Notes: a model not told the origin generated them from the letters alone. A DNA stretch of 64,000 nucleotides from Candidatus Phycocordibacter aenigmaticus (GCA_045401115.1 CP174359.1:291247-355246); one strand, 5' to 3'; shown: positions 40,725-50,872, numbered from the stretch's first letter. Translations and numbers: made by a program.

Positions 40725-41111
40725 ATGAACTACGGATATAAAAAGCAAGTCGCATTACCTTTCAGTGAAGCTGTGCAAAAGGTACGAGATGAACTTGAAA
40801 AAGGAGGATTTGGCGTGCTTACTGAGATTGACGTTAAGGTGACTATGAAAAAGAAACTTGCCGTTGAGTACGACAACTACGTTATTCTGGGCGCATGCAA
40901 TCCTCCCTTTGCGCACGAAGCTCTGCAGGCGGAGAAAGACGTCGGACTTCTCTTGCCGTGCAATGTCATTGTCTATGAAGACGGCAGCACCGTATTTGTG
41001 TCCGCCATTCTTCCTACAGTAGCCATGAATATGGTTGAAAATCAAACACTCGGCGCAATCGCACAAAGGATTGAAGAAAAATTAAAAAAAGTCATTAATC
41101 AAATAACATAA
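40725..41111 (+). CDS. DUF302 domain protein
   Basis: GFGVLTEID, ILGACNP, LLLPCNV. Confidence 0.9.
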   Translation: MNYGYKKQVALPFSEAVQKVRDELEKGGFGVLTEIDVKVTMKKKLAVEYDNYVILGACNPPFAHEALQAEKDVGLLLPCNVIVYEDGSTVFVSAILPTVAMNMVENQTLGAIAQRIEEKLKKVINQIT

Positions 41112-41121
41112 CCAAAAATAT

Positions 41122-41373
41122 ATGAATCATCTACGTATTACGCAAACAGGAACCATTGTAGGCATTTTGTCAGTAGTATTTTTCTTCCTTTGTATGGCAT
41201 GGGGGCTTATGCTCACTGATCCTATTTTGAAAGAACTTCACGTTAACTTACTTCGCATCGCGCTGCCCGGCTTTAGCATGAGCCTTGTAGGATTTATCAT
41301 TGGTGCAATTGAGTCGTTCATTTATGGTTGGGTTTTCGGTGCACTATTCTCTTTCCTCCACAAGAAAATGTAA
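41122..41373 (+). CDS. small membrane protein
   Basis: two TM segments, LPGF...ESFIYGW. Confidence 0.7.
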   Translation: MNHLRITQTGTIVGILSVVFFFLCMAWGLMLTDPILKELHVNLLRIALPGFSMSLVGFIIGAIESFIYGWVFGALFSFLHKKM

Positions 41374-41395
41374 CATCCGTAATTAAATTGAACGT

Positions 41396-43396
41396 ATGGA
41401 TCATTCACATAATCACAATACCCATGCGCCGGGCATGAGCCATGGCTCGGCACAAGATTTCTTACGCAGGTTTTGGATTGTCACATTCCTCTTAATTCCT
41501 CTCATCTTTACCAATGAGATGCTTACCGGACTTTTTGGTATTGGCACGCTTCCGTTTGCTAAATGGGTAGGGCTTGGCATCGCGACTGTAATCTTTAGTT
41601 TCTCACTCGTATTTTTCCAGCACGCGTGGCATGAAATAAAGGCGCGAAAGTACGGAATGATGACGCTCGTTGCTATTGCGGTGGGGAGCGGGTATCTTTT
41701 TTCGGTTGCCTCAACCTTTATATCCGCGCTTGAAGTAGAGTTTTATTTAGAAATCTCAACTTTGATTTGGGTACTCTTGTTCGGTCATTACCTTGAGGCA
41801 CGCTCAAGCTCAGCAGCAGGGAATGCATTACAGGAAGTAGCGAAGCTCTTGCCGAAACAAGCACATAAGTTAGTGAATGGAGTAGAAGAAGATGTAGACG
41901 TTGCCGAACTGAAAGAAAACGATGTGGTGTTGGTAAAGCCAGGAGAGAAAATACCCGCAGACGGCATAGTACAGAGTGGCTCGGCCAACGTGGATGAGTC
42001 GCTCATCTCCGGTGAGTCAAAGCCAATTGAGAAAAATGAGGGAGATGAAGTGGTTGCTGGTTCAATCTGCTTGGATGGTTCGCTTACGATCACGCTCTCG
42101 CGGGTCGGTGAACACTCAACCATCGGCCAGATTCAAAAACTCATTGCTGAAGCCCAAGGTACTAAGCCGCGTTCGCAAAGAATTGCAGATAAAGCATCTG
42201 CCGTGCTCACGTTTGTGGCGGGAATTACTGCGCTTCTCACCATTCTCATATGGTCAGTGTTTTTGGGTGAGTCATTTGTATTTGCGATAACACTTGCCAT
42301 TACCGTCTTAGTGATTGCGTGTCCGCATGCACTTGGGCTCGCGATTCCTACCGTTACCACAATTACTACATCGCTTGCAGTAAAAAATGGTGTGTTCATT
42401 AAAAATCTTGCCAAAATTGAAGTTATCAAGAAAGCAGACTATGTCGTATTTGATAAAACAGGAACACTTACTCTCGGGGAGTTCGGAGTAACCGATGTCG
42501 TTCCATTTGGCAGTCACTCTGAAGAACAGGTACTTGCAATCGCTGCGTCACTTGAACAACACTCGTCCCACATTATTGGACAATCAATTGTCCGTTTTGC
42601 AAAAGAAAAGAAATTAACACTTAAAGAGCCAGAGCAATTCAAAAATGTTGCTGGAAAGGGAATTAGTGGACTGGTCGATGGTCTTCAATACTCCATTGGA
42701 AATGAGGCGTTCCTGAAAGAATTGGGTGTGTTAAACACCCATGCTCACAACCGCTTTGCCAATCTTTCTTCCCAAGGAAAGACGACTATCTTTATAGTAT
42801 TGGAAAAAGAAATTATAGGGCTCATTGCACTTTCGGATGCTATCAAAGAGGAATCATACACGGCAATTGAAAAGCTCCATGATATGGGAGTAAAAGTTGC
42901 CATGCTCACTGGGGATAATGAGAAAGTTTCGCATGGTGTGGCACAGGAGCTTGGTATCGACACGTACTTTGCAGAAGTTTTGCCAGAAGATAAGTACACC
43001 CATATCAAGAAACTGCAGGAAGACGGCAATGTCGTTATTATGGTGGGTGATGGCGTAAATGATGCACCGGCACTTACCCAAGCAGATGCAGGCATTGCTA
43101 TTGGTGCGGGAACTGATGTAGCGGTTGAAGCAGGGGACGTGGTTCTCACACGAAATAATCCGCTCGATGTTGTGCGGCTCTTAAAACTGTCACGCGCTGT
43201 ATACACTAAAATGATTCAGAATCTTGTGTGGGCACTTGGGTACAACATCATTGCCATACCTGCGGCGGCTGGCGCGTTTGCGGTGTGGGGATTCTTCTTA
43301 CGCCCGGAAATTGGCGCTTTACTCATGAGTCTCTCGACAGTCATTGTGGTGGTAAACGCAATGACGCTGAAGAGAGTTAACTTAGAAATTGTGTAA
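41396..43396 (+). CDS. copB: P1B-type copper-exporting ATPase (CopB-like, CPH motif)
   Basis: His-rich N-terminus, CPH, DKTGT, GDGVNDAP, YN and MSLST motifs. Confidence 0.92.
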   Translation: MDHSHNHNTHAPGMSHGSAQDFLRRFWIVTFLLIPLIFTNEMLTGLFGIGTLPFAKWVGLGIATVIFSFSLVFFQHAWHEIKARKYGMMTLVAIAVGSGYLFSVASTFISALEVEFYLEISTLIWVLLFGHYLEARSSSAAGNALQEVAKLLPKQAHKLVNGVEEDVDVAELKENDVVLVKPGEKIPADGIVQSGSANVDESLISGESKPIEKNEGDEVVAGSICLDGSLTITLSRVGEHSTIGQIQKLIAEAQGTKPRSQRIADKASAVLTFVAGITALLTILIWSVFLGESFVFAITLAITVLVIACPHALGLAIPTVTTITTSLAVKNGVFIKNLAKIEVIKKADYVVFDKTGTLTLGEFGVTDVVPFGSHSEEQVLAIAASLEQHSSHIIGQSIVRFAKEKKLTLKEPEQFKNVAGKGISGLVDGLQYSIGNEAFLKELGVLNTHAHNRFANLSSQGKTTIFIVLEKEIIGLIALSDAIKEESYTAIEKLHDMGVKVAMLTGDNEKVSHGVAQELGIDTYFAEVLPEDKYTHIKKLQEDGNVVIMVGDGVNDAPALTQADAGIAIGAGTDVAVEAGDVVLTRNNPLDVVRLLKLSRAVYTKMIQNLVWALGYNIIAIPAAAGAFAVWGFFLRPEIGALLMSLSTVIVVVNAMTLKRVNLEIV

Positions 43397-43405
43397 TAAA
43401 AATAT

Positions 43406-44014
43406 ATGAATAACAACATACTTTACGGTGTAATACTTCTTCTCGCAGGGATCATTATTGGTGTATTTATCGCACCATCAGTAAATCCTCAAGGGCCTGG
43501 TTACATGGGAATGATGCAAGGAAATGGAGGAGGGTTTATGTCGAGCGAGATAGATGAACATTTTATCGAACAAATGATTCCTCACCATGAAGGGGCAATT
43601 GCAATGGCAGAGCTTGCGCTTGAGCGCTCTAGTCGTTCAGAGATTCGTTCACTTGCAGAGGACATCATTGCTGCTCAAACCAGGGAGATTGTACAAATGA
43701 AAACTTGGTACAAGGATTGGTTTGGCTCTGATGTGCCTGAATATAGTGAATTCGGTATGGGTATGATGATGGGTGGCGATCATATGATGGCATTCGAAGG
43801 TGATCTTGATGAGCTTGCAGCCGCAGAGGACTTTGATCTTGAATTTATTCGTCAAATGATTCCGCATCATGAAATGGCAATCATGATGGCTTCTATGCTC
43901 GCATTTTCAAGTGAGCGCAAAGAAATGCAAGAACTCGCTAACCAAATTATTACCTCACAATCAGGTGAGATTGATATGATGCGAAGCTGGTATGCCGCTT
44001 GGTCTAGTCGTTAA
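43406..44014 (+). CDS. DUF305 (CopM-like) protein
   Basis: two MIPHHE.AI.MA repeats. Confidence 0.9.
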   Translation: MNNNILYGVILLLAGIIIGVFIAPSVNPQGPGYMGMMQGNGGGFMSSEIDEHFIEQMIPHHEGAIAMAELALERSSRSEIRSLAEDIIAAQTREIVQMKTWYKDWFGSDVPEYSEFGMGMMMGGDHMMAFEGDLDELAAAEDFDLEFIRQMIPHHEMAIMMASMLAFSSERKEMQELANQIITSQSGEIDMMRSWYAAWSSR

Positions 44015-44019
44015 CGATA

Positions 44020-44165
44020 CTGATTATTTTCTTTTAAGACAAAATCACTAAATTCTCTAACAACTCTCTTTTCTCAACAATAGTCCCTTCTCCAAGTAGA
44101 TACTTTGCATAATTTTTGATATCCATCTCTTCTTTTTTATCTATCTTTTACACCCCAAAACACCC
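44020..44165 (-). pseudogene. possible decayed C-terminal remnant of a CPR-type serine recombinase
   Basis: Minus strand 44126-44049 reads MDIKNYAKYLLGEGTIVEKRELLENL with frameshifts on both sides; recognised from memory only. Confidence 0.4.
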
Positions 44166-44201
44166 CCACACAACTCCAACCCAAATATTTTTTCAACCTT
44201 G

Positions 44202-44219
44202 TATACCCCCTGGGGTATA
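44202..44219. promoter_or_regulatory. second CsoR-type operator
   Basis: tatacccc-ct-ggggtata directly upstream of a CsoR paralog. Confidence 0.85.
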
Positions 44220-44234
44220 TGATAGGATGTACCT

Positions 44235-44501
44235 ATGGCGAAAAAAACAAAAGAGTATCAAGATATTACTAACCACATTAGTCGTCTTGAGGGACAGATT
44301 GCTTCTGTAAAACGTGAATTAGGAAAGACGGACCCTGATTGCGCGAAGGCGAGTCGAACACTTGCCGCCGCGTCACGTTCGTTCGCTTCGTTGCGACGTT
44401 CGTTCGTTGAGTGCTTTCTCGGTAAAAAATATATAAAACCTGTTTCCTCTAAAAAACAGGTGAGCGAATACGAAACACTCCTTAATATTATAAATAGCTA
44501 A
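44235..44501 (+). CDS. CsoR-family repressor paralog (two Cys, possibly persulfide-sensing)
   Basis: ISRLEGQI...DC...EC; precedes rhodanese and persulfide dioxygenase genes. Confidence 0.75.
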   Translation: MAKKTKEYQDITNHISRLEGQIASVKRELGKTDPDCAKASRTLAAASRSFASLRRSFVECFLGKKYIKPVSSKKQVSEYETLLNIINS

Positions 44502-44512
44502 TAAAAAACACT

Positions 44513-44842
44513 ATGAAACATATAACTGTCGAAGAATTTAAACACTTAGTCGAAACAGAACATGGTAATACTGCGTTTGATTTTATAAATGTCTGTACCC
44601 CTGAAGAATATGCAGCGCAACACGTTGAGGGAGTGCGCAGTGTACCGCTTGATGAAATTGACACCCATATTGATGAATTCAAAGGAAAACAAGCGGTCTA
44701 CATTCATTGCCGTTCCGGCAACCGGGGTCGTATTGCTATGGCACGCCTCAAAGAATTGGGTGTAGAGGCAGAACTTATTAATGTTGAAGGAGGGCTTTTA
44801 GCGTGGGATCAGGCAGGTTATAAAACTAATTCGCATAAGTAG
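44513..44842 (+). CDS. rhodanese-like sulfurtransferase
   Basis: YIHCRSGNRG, NVEGGLLAW. Confidence 0.9.
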   Translation: MKHITVEEFKHLVETEHGNTAFDFINVCTPEEYAAQHVEGVRSVPLDEIDTHIDEFKGKQAVYIHCRSGNRGRIAMARLKELGVEAELINVEGGLLAWDQAGYKTNSHK

Positions 44843-44846
44843 GTTT

Positions 44847-45779
44847 ATGGGTTCTAAAGATATACAACACGTTGATTTTACTGACTATGTGGCACACCTG
44901 CCTGAGGTTAAAGGGTTTTTTGACGGTGCAACACACACTATCAGCTACGTTGTTGCTGATGTGGAAAGCAAAAAATGCGCCATCGTTGATAGTGTGATGG
45001 ATTACGAACCGGCGAGCGGAACGATTTCGTTTGAAAACGCGGATGCAATTATTTCATACGTACGCGAGAAGGGGTGCACCGTGGAGTGGATTCTTGAAAC
45101 ACATGTGCATGCGGACCACCTTTCTGCGGCGCCATATATAAAAGAAAAACTTGGCGGAAAGATGGCAATCGGTGAATATATTACCGATGTGCAAGAGCAG
45201 TTTGGTAAAGTCTTCAATGCTGGCACAGAATTTGAGCGCGATGGCAGCCAGTTCGACCATTTATTTATCGACGGCGAAGAATTCTCTGTAGGGAATATCC
45301 CAGCGCGTGCATTGCACACACCAGGTCACACGCCGGCAGACATGACGCTTGTTATTGGTGATGCGGCGTTTGTAGGCGATACACTTTTTATGCCCGATTA
45401 TGGAACGGCCCGTGTTGATTTTCCTGGTGGAAGCGCAACAACACTGTTTGAATCAGTACAGAAACTGTTCGTGCTTCCCGACGAAATGCGTATGTTCATG
45501 TGTCACGACTATTTACCCGAAGGGCGCACTGAATACCAATGGGAAACAACGGTGGGCGAGGAGAAAAAACATAACGTGCACCTCAACAAAAAGACAGCGC
45601 TTGGCACTTTCACAGAAGCACGAGAAGAAAAAGATAAAACACTTGGCATGCCACGCCTTATTATTCCTTCCTTGCAAGTGAATATGCGAGCAGGTCACCT
45701 ACCGCAGGCTGAGGACGATGAGAACATCTTTCTAAGGATTCCAGTGAATAGTGTTTTCTCAAAACGAAAAGGGGTATAA
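44847..45779 (+). CDS. persulfide dioxygenase (ETHE1/Blh-type MBL fold)
   Basis: ETHVHADHLSAA, HTPGHT, GDTLFMPDYGTARVDFPGG, CHDY. Confidence 0.88.
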   Translation: MGSKDIQHVDFTDYVAHLPEVKGFFDGATHTISYVVADVESKKCAIVDSVMDYEPASGTISFENADAIISYVREKGCTVEWILETHVHADHLSAAPYIKEKLGGKMAIGEYITDVQEQFGKVFNAGTEFERDGSQFDHLFIDGEEFSVGNIPARALHTPGHTPADMTLVIGDAAFVGDTLFMPDYGTARVDFPGGSATTLFESVQKLFVLPDEMRMFMCHDYLPEGRTEYQWETTVGEEKKHNVHLNKKTALGTFTEAREEKDKTLGMPRLIIPSLQVNMRAGHLPQAEDDENIFLRIPVNSVFSKRKGV

Positions 45780-45851
45780 CAAAGTTTTAACATTACTTGT
45801 CTATAGGCAGATCCCCGGCAGTCAGCCAGAAAAATTTGGTATGATTAACAT

Positions 45852-45977
45852 ATGAATACATTAGGATTTTTAGGTCTTTTTGGTTTATTAGGTTTTCTTG
45901 GATATTTTACGGAAAACGTTGGTCTCTATGGTCTGTTCGGATTGTTTGCGCTCTTTGCTTTGTTTCGTCAGAAATAG
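45852..45977 (+). CDS. 41-aa Gly/Phe/Leu-rich membrane peptide (below the ORF-track cutoff)
   Basis: MNTLGFLGLFGLLGFLGYFTENVGLYGLFGLFALFALFRQK, preceded by an extended -10 (tggtatgat). Confidence 0.65.
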   Translation: MNTLGFLGLFGLLGFLGYFTENVGLYGLFGLFALFALFRQK

Positions 45978-45987
45978 TGTGTAATAA

Positions 45988-46419
45988 ATGCATGTCACAA
46001 TGAACTCTCATAATTTTTACACACGACATGCAATAGGGTTCGTAGTACTCTTCGCTATTGTTGGGCTATTTGCCGTTTTTCAATTATTGGGTAATTTCAT
46101 GTATCAAGAAAAACAAAACGATAGTTTTGAGCCATATCGCGCATCGCTATCGGGTGAGTATATATGTCTTCCATATAAAGATGCATCAGAAACTCAAACA
46201 TCCGAATGTGTGTTCGGTATTAAAACAAACACAGGGGAGTACTATGCCATAAATTTTTTCTTGATGTCACAAACACATGATCCAGTTGACATTGGACAGA
46301 GAATTTCAGCTAACGGTTCTGTAGTTCCGGTGGAGCGATTAAGTGCCGCACATTGGCAACAGTATCCTATAGAAGGTATTTTCTCTGTCACTGATTCATT
46401 AAAGATTGAAAAGGAATAA
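45988..46419 (+). CDS. hypothetical membrane-anchored protein
   Basis: TM, GEYICLP...ECVFG. Confidence 0.65.
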   Translation: MHVTMNSHNFYTRHAIGFVVLFAIVGLFAVFQLLGNFMYQEKQNDSFEPYRASLSGEYICLPYKDASETQTSECVFGIKTNTGEYYAINFFLMSQTHDPVDIGQRISANGSVVPVERLSAAHWQQYPIEGIFSVTDSLKIEKE

Positions 46420-46422
46420 TAT

Positions 46423-47487
46423 ATGAAAGTATTAATTGTAGGGGCAGGACCCACTGGACTTACCACCGCACTCGAGTTGGCGCGGCAAGGTATCGTACCG
46501 GAAATTGTTGATGCAAAAGACGAACCGTCGTGGAAATCACGAGCGGTTGTTGTACTCCCACGAAGTATTGAGATTCTCGACAGAACTGGCGTCGGTGAAC
46601 GCCTCATTTCCGAAGGAATTCGTATGAAGAAAGTACACATTTATCGGGGGCAGAAACAGCTTATTGATATAACACTACCAAGTGACGAGATCACTATTAT
46701 TGGAATTGCGCAGGATAGGACAGAGAGTCTTATGATTGAGCAGTTAGAACACATGGGTGTGTCGGTGCGTTTTGGCACAAAAGTGGATTTGGTCACTACA
46801 TCTGATACGTCTGCGGAGGTTACATTTGAAAGTGGAGAAAAGAAAACATACGACTGGGTTGTTGGCGCTGATGGTGTTGGATCAGCTGTTCGAAGCTCTT
46901 TAAAGATTCCTTATGAAGGATACGAACTTGAAGAGGAGTGGTCGATAGCTGATGTTGAGCTTACCGCTGAACATGAATACGATTCTCTAAACGCCTGGCT
47001 TCTAAAAGGAGAACATAAAGAAAGAGATGGAATGGTGATGGTGCCAATTGAGCGAAATCGTGTACGCCTTATTTCTTCTACACCCGATAGCCTGGAAACG
47101 TCACCGGTTACACTTGATGTAAAAAAAGTACGTCGTACGGGCACGTTTAAAATAACAGTGCGACAAGCGCAAGAGTATGTGCGCGGTAGAGTAGTGTTGG
47201 CAGGTGACGCGGCACATGCGCATTCACCAATTGGGGGTCGTGGTATGAATCTTGGCATTGAAGATGGTCAAGCTCTCGCGTCCGCATTAATACACAATAC
47301 GGTTCAAGAGTACGCACGAGAAAGAAAACAAAAAGCAACCCGTACTATTCGAATCACCGAACACATACGTACATTTATTGCTTCAAACAATCCTTTTGTT
47401 GTTATGGGGATTTATATAGTGACATGGTGTATTCAAAATATTGGTTTTGTTCAGAAAAAATTTATTAAAAACGTTTCATCGTTGTGA
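46423..47487 (+). CDS. FAD-dependent monooxygenase (UbiH/PheA-like)
   Basis: GAGPTG, GADG, GDAAHAHSPIGGRGMNLG. Confidence 0.9.
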   Translation: MKVLIVGAGPTGLTTALELARQGIVPEIVDAKDEPSWKSRAVVVLPRSIEILDRTGVGERLISEGIRMKKVHIYRGQKQLIDITLPSDEITIIGIAQDRTESLMIEQLEHMGVSVRFGTKVDLVTTSDTSAEVTFESGEKKTYDWVVGADGVGSAVRSSLKIPYEGYELEEEWSIADVELTAEHEYDSLNAWLLKGEHKERDGMVMVPIERNRVRLISSTPDSLETSPVTLDVKKVRRTGTFKITVRQAQEYVRGRVVLAGDAAHAHSPIGGRGMNLGIEDGQALASALIHNTVQEYARERKQKATRTIRITEHIRTFIASNNPFVVMGIYIVTWCIQNIGFVQKKFIKNVSSL

Positions 47488-47614
47488 TGTATTTAGTTGT
47501 CCATCATCTTTTTTGAAATCGCCGGTTTAATATTTTAGATGGTCTCTAGAATGTTTGCATCCAGATTTTTATTATATACTTAGTTACGTACCGTTATTCA
47601 TAATGTAATTTTAT

Positions 47615-47737
47615 ATGGACACACTATTATATGTTGTTAATTGGGGTTCACCACTTGGATTAGGATTGTTTTTCTTTTTGTCAGCAGCTGGCGTCGGTGT
47701 CTTGTTTTGGGGAATCTCTTGTTTTAATAAAAAATAG
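47615..47737 (+). CDS. 40-aa single-TM peptide (below the ORF-track cutoff)
   Basis: MDTLLYVVNWGSPLGLGLFFFLSAAGVGVLFWGISCFNKK. Confidence 0.5.
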   Translation: MDTLLYVVNWGSPLGLGLFFFLSAAGVGVLFWGISCFNKK

Positions 47738-47763
47738 AGATAGAAGTTAATTTTTTGTAAAAG

Positions 47764-48387
47764 ATGAATCAAAGAACACTTTCTATTATTGCCGGAGTTA
47801 GTTATCTTGTTATTTTCTTTTTAGCTATATACGCAAACTTTTTCGTGCTCGATGCTATTCTCCAGGATCCATTAGGAACGATTGAACAAAATAGTATGCA
47901 CGTGCGCTTTGGTGCACTCGCGTTTCTTGTTGCAGCGGTTTTTGATGTAATTGTTGCGTGGGCTTTATATGAATTATATAAAGGGAATATTCTCTCACGG
48001 CTCAGTACTTATTTTAGAATCATACATGCAGTGATTATGGGAGTCGCTGTGTTTGCACTTCCTCTTACACTTACGTTGACTGCCGATGAGGCAATCCTCA
48101 ACCAGGTGACCATTTTCAATACAATGTGGCTTATTGGACTTTTCTTTTTCGGTGTCCACCTCATTTTATTAGGACGTATCGTAAAGCATATTCGGATTAT
48201 TCCATGGATATTAATGCTTGCTGGGGTTATGTATATTGTTGATACTGGTGCGCATTTCCTCCTTCCGCATTATGAGACGTATGCTGACTTATTTTTAATG
48301 GCAGTAGCAATACCTGCCATATTTGGCGAAATGTCATTCTCACTTTGGTTGTTATTTAAAGGAGAAAAATCAACTGCATCTAATTAA
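47764..48387 (+). CDS. DUF4386-like membrane protein
   Basis: DVIVAWALY, GLFFFGVHL, GEMSFSLWLL. Confidence 0.75.
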   Translation: MNQRTLSIIAGVSYLVIFFLAIYANFFVLDAILQDPLGTIEQNSMHVRFGALAFLVAAVFDVIVAWALYELYKGNILSRLSTYFRIIHAVIMGVAVFALPLTLTLTADEAILNQVTIFNTMWLIGLFFFGVHLILLGRIVKHIRIIPWILMLAGVMYIVDTGAHFLLPHYETYADLFLMAVAIPAIFGEMSFSLWLLFKGEKSTASN

Positions 48388-48542
48388 AAAACGAGTGCCA
48401 TAAATGGTTTTTTATCAGCACCTTCCTTAAGAGGGTGTGTTAATGATGAATATTTATCCACTAAGAGAAATGTAAAGTATTCTTTACATTTCGTGAGTAT
48501 CCATTACACTTACCGTATATAGAAAACTTAAAAAATATTTTT

Positions 48543-49064
48543 ATGAACAACATCACAGGAATTATTATTGGAATCATTGTTATTGGAGTGGTTGGTATTA
48601 CCTATGTGTCTCTGAACCAAAATACTAATGACACGGGAAATTCTCAGATAAACGAATCTTCATCTGAAACAGATACAGATATGAACGGGGAAGACGATCT
48701 TGCTACCCACGATGATATGACTGACATGGATGATATGGCTGATATGGATAAAGGGTCAGGAGTGTACGAAGAATATGCACCGGAAAAACTCGCATATGCT
48801 GAAATAGGCGATGTTGTTTTGTTTTTCCATGCGTCATGGTGCCCGTCGTGTCGTGGTCTAAATGCTGATATTGAGAAAAACCTAGACGCCATCCCGTCTG
48901 AGGTGAGTATCTTAAAACTTGATTATGACAAGGAATCAGAATTAAGAAAGAAATACTCCGTGACATACCAACATACACTTGTGCAGGTTGATGCAGACGG
49001 CACTCTGATTAAAAAATGGAGCGGTAGTCCCACGCTAAACGCGCTCGTGTCGGAGATTAATTAA
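48543..49064 (+). CDS. membrane-anchored thioredoxin-like protein
   Basis: FFHASWCPSC; Met/Asp-rich linker. Confidence 0.85.
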   Translation: MNNITGIIIGIIVIGVVGITYVSLNQNTNDTGNSQINESSSETDTDMNGEDDLATHDDMTDMDDMADMDKGSGVYEEYAPEKLAYAEIGDVVLFFHASWCPSCRGLNADIEKNLDAIPSEVSILKLDYDKESELRKKYSVTYQHTLVQVDADGTLIKKWSGSPTLNALVSEIN

Positions 49065-49066
49065 TT

Positions 49067-50872
49067 ATGATTTTTCTCGGCATTTCGATTTTGGCTGGGG
49101 TACTCACTGTTCTTGCGCCATGTATACTCCCGTTACTTCCTGTGGTGATTGGCGCGTCAGAAAGTGATAAGCGGTATATCTCAAAGCGTGCATTGGTGGT
49201 GATTGGTTCGCTTTCAGTATCGGTCATACTCTTTACGTTGCTTTTAAAAGCGACAACACTGTTTATTGATATACCGCAGGTATTTTGGAATTGGTTTTCA
49301 GGCGTCGTCATTATTGTTGTTGGGCTTGCCATAGTGTTCCCATCTTTCTGGGCACGAGTTCCGTATATTAATAAAATTAGTGTCGCAAGTAATAAAGCAG
49401 TGGGGGCTGGATATCAGAAAAAAAGTTATATCGGCGATATGTTGGTTGGCTTTGCGCTTGGTCCGGTTTTCACTACCTGTTCGCCAACATACCTCTTTAT
49501 TATCGCCACCGTACTACCGGCGGCGTTTGCACCGGGCATTCTCTACCTTCTCGGGTTTACATTTGGTCTCGCGCTCTCGCTGCTTCTTATTGCGTATTTC
49601 GGACAACGTATTATTACTGCAATAAGTAACCGTATGGGTACTGCCGGACGAGTAAAACAAATTTTGGGCGTACTTATTATTCTGGTTGGAGTTGCTATCC
49701 TGACTGGTTTTGATAAGAAACTTGAAACATTTATTCTTGACTCAGGATATGGCGCCACTATTCAATTAGAAAATAATCTCATCGAGCGCTTTGCGCCAGA
49801 CACATCTATGAACGATAACGTTAATCAGCAAAATCATAAAACAATTATTTTAGCAGGGGGATGTTTCTGGTGTACTGAGGCATATTTTCAAGAGCAACCG
49901 GGTGTTGTGGATGCGGTTTCAGGTTATGTTGGAGGAAGTGAAGAAAATGCGTCGTATGTAAAAGTTGCAGACGGAAAAACAAAACACCGCGAAGCAGTAC
50001 GCATCACATATGATCCTCAAATTATTTCCACTGAAGAGATACTTGATATCTATTGGTCGCATATTGACCCAACTGATACAGAAGGACAATTTGCCGATAA
50101 AGGGTTCCAGTATACATCCGCTATTTTTTATCAAGACGATGAACAAAAAGAGGTGGCGCTTGACTCAAAGACACGTTTAGAACAGAGCAATCTTTTTGAC
50201 AAACCAATCGCAACTGAAATTTTACCGGCTACTGATTTCTTTAAAGCGGAAGAGTACCATCAAGATTATTATAAGAAAGCAGCAAATCACTATGAGCGCT
50301 ATAAGAAAGCGTCAGGCAGGGAAGGGTTCGTAGAGGAAACGTGGGCGAAAGATGCCGCTATTCAGTTTCTTGAATCTCAACAAGAGAATACTACAAATTC
50401 AAGCAATGAATCTCAGAAAGAGAGTTATCGGTACACTGATGAAGAGATTGCAGAGAAACTAAAAAATCTCGATCCGTTGGCATACCATGTGGTTGCCGAA
50501 AATGGCACTGAATCACCCTTTAACAATGCGTATTGGGATAATAAAGCGGACGGTATTTATGTTGATGTGGTGACGGGAAAACCTCTTTTTTCAAGCACGC
50601 ATAAATATGACTCGGGAACCGGCTGGCCTAGTTTTTGGAGAACTATTGATGATGAGTCGGTAACGATGCATGAAGATAATTCACTCTCAACCACACGTAC
50701 GGAAATACGAAGTGATGCGGGCCATGTCGGGCATGTATTTGATGATGGTCCCCAAGAACAAGGAGGGAGGCGATTCTGCACCAATTCAGCATCGCTCCGG
50801 TTTGTTCCAAAAGAAGAGATGGCTAACGAAGGGTATGGTGACTACCTCTATTTGTTTGAGGAGTCCATATAA
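49067..50872 (+). CDS. CcdA-MsrA-MsrB triple fusion
   Basis: LAPCILPLLP and TTCSP (CcdA), GGCFWC and AEEYHQDYY (MsrA), KYDSGTGWPSF and HVGHVF...RFCTNS (MsrB). Confidence 0.9.
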   Translation: MIFLGISILAGVLTVLAPCILPLLPVVIGASESDKRYISKRALVVIGSLSVSVILFTLLLKATTLFIDIPQVFWNWFSGVVIIVVGLAIVFPSFWARVPYINKISVASNKAVGAGYQKKSYIGDMLVGFALGPVFTTCSPTYLFIIATVLPAAFAPGILYLLGFTFGLALSLLLIAYFGQRIITAISNRMGTAGRVKQILGVLIILVGVAILTGFDKKLETFILDSGYGATIQLENNLIERFAPDTSMNDNVNQQNHKTIILAGGCFWCTEAYFQEQPGVVDAVSGYVGGSEENASYVKVADGKTKHREAVRITYDPQIISTEEILDIYWSHIDPTDTEGQFADKGFQYTSAIFYQDDEQKEVALDSKTRLEQSNLFDKPIATEILPATDFFKAEEYHQDYYKKAANHYERYKKASGREGFVEETWAKDAAIQFLESQQENTTNSSNESQKESYRYTDEEIAEKLKNLDPLAYHVVAENGTESPFNNAYWDNKADGIYVDVVTGKPLFSSTHKYDSGTGWPSFWRTIDDESVTMHEDNSLSTTRTEIRSDAGHVGHVFDDGPQEQGGRRFCTNSASLRFVPKEEMANEGYGDYLYLFEESI

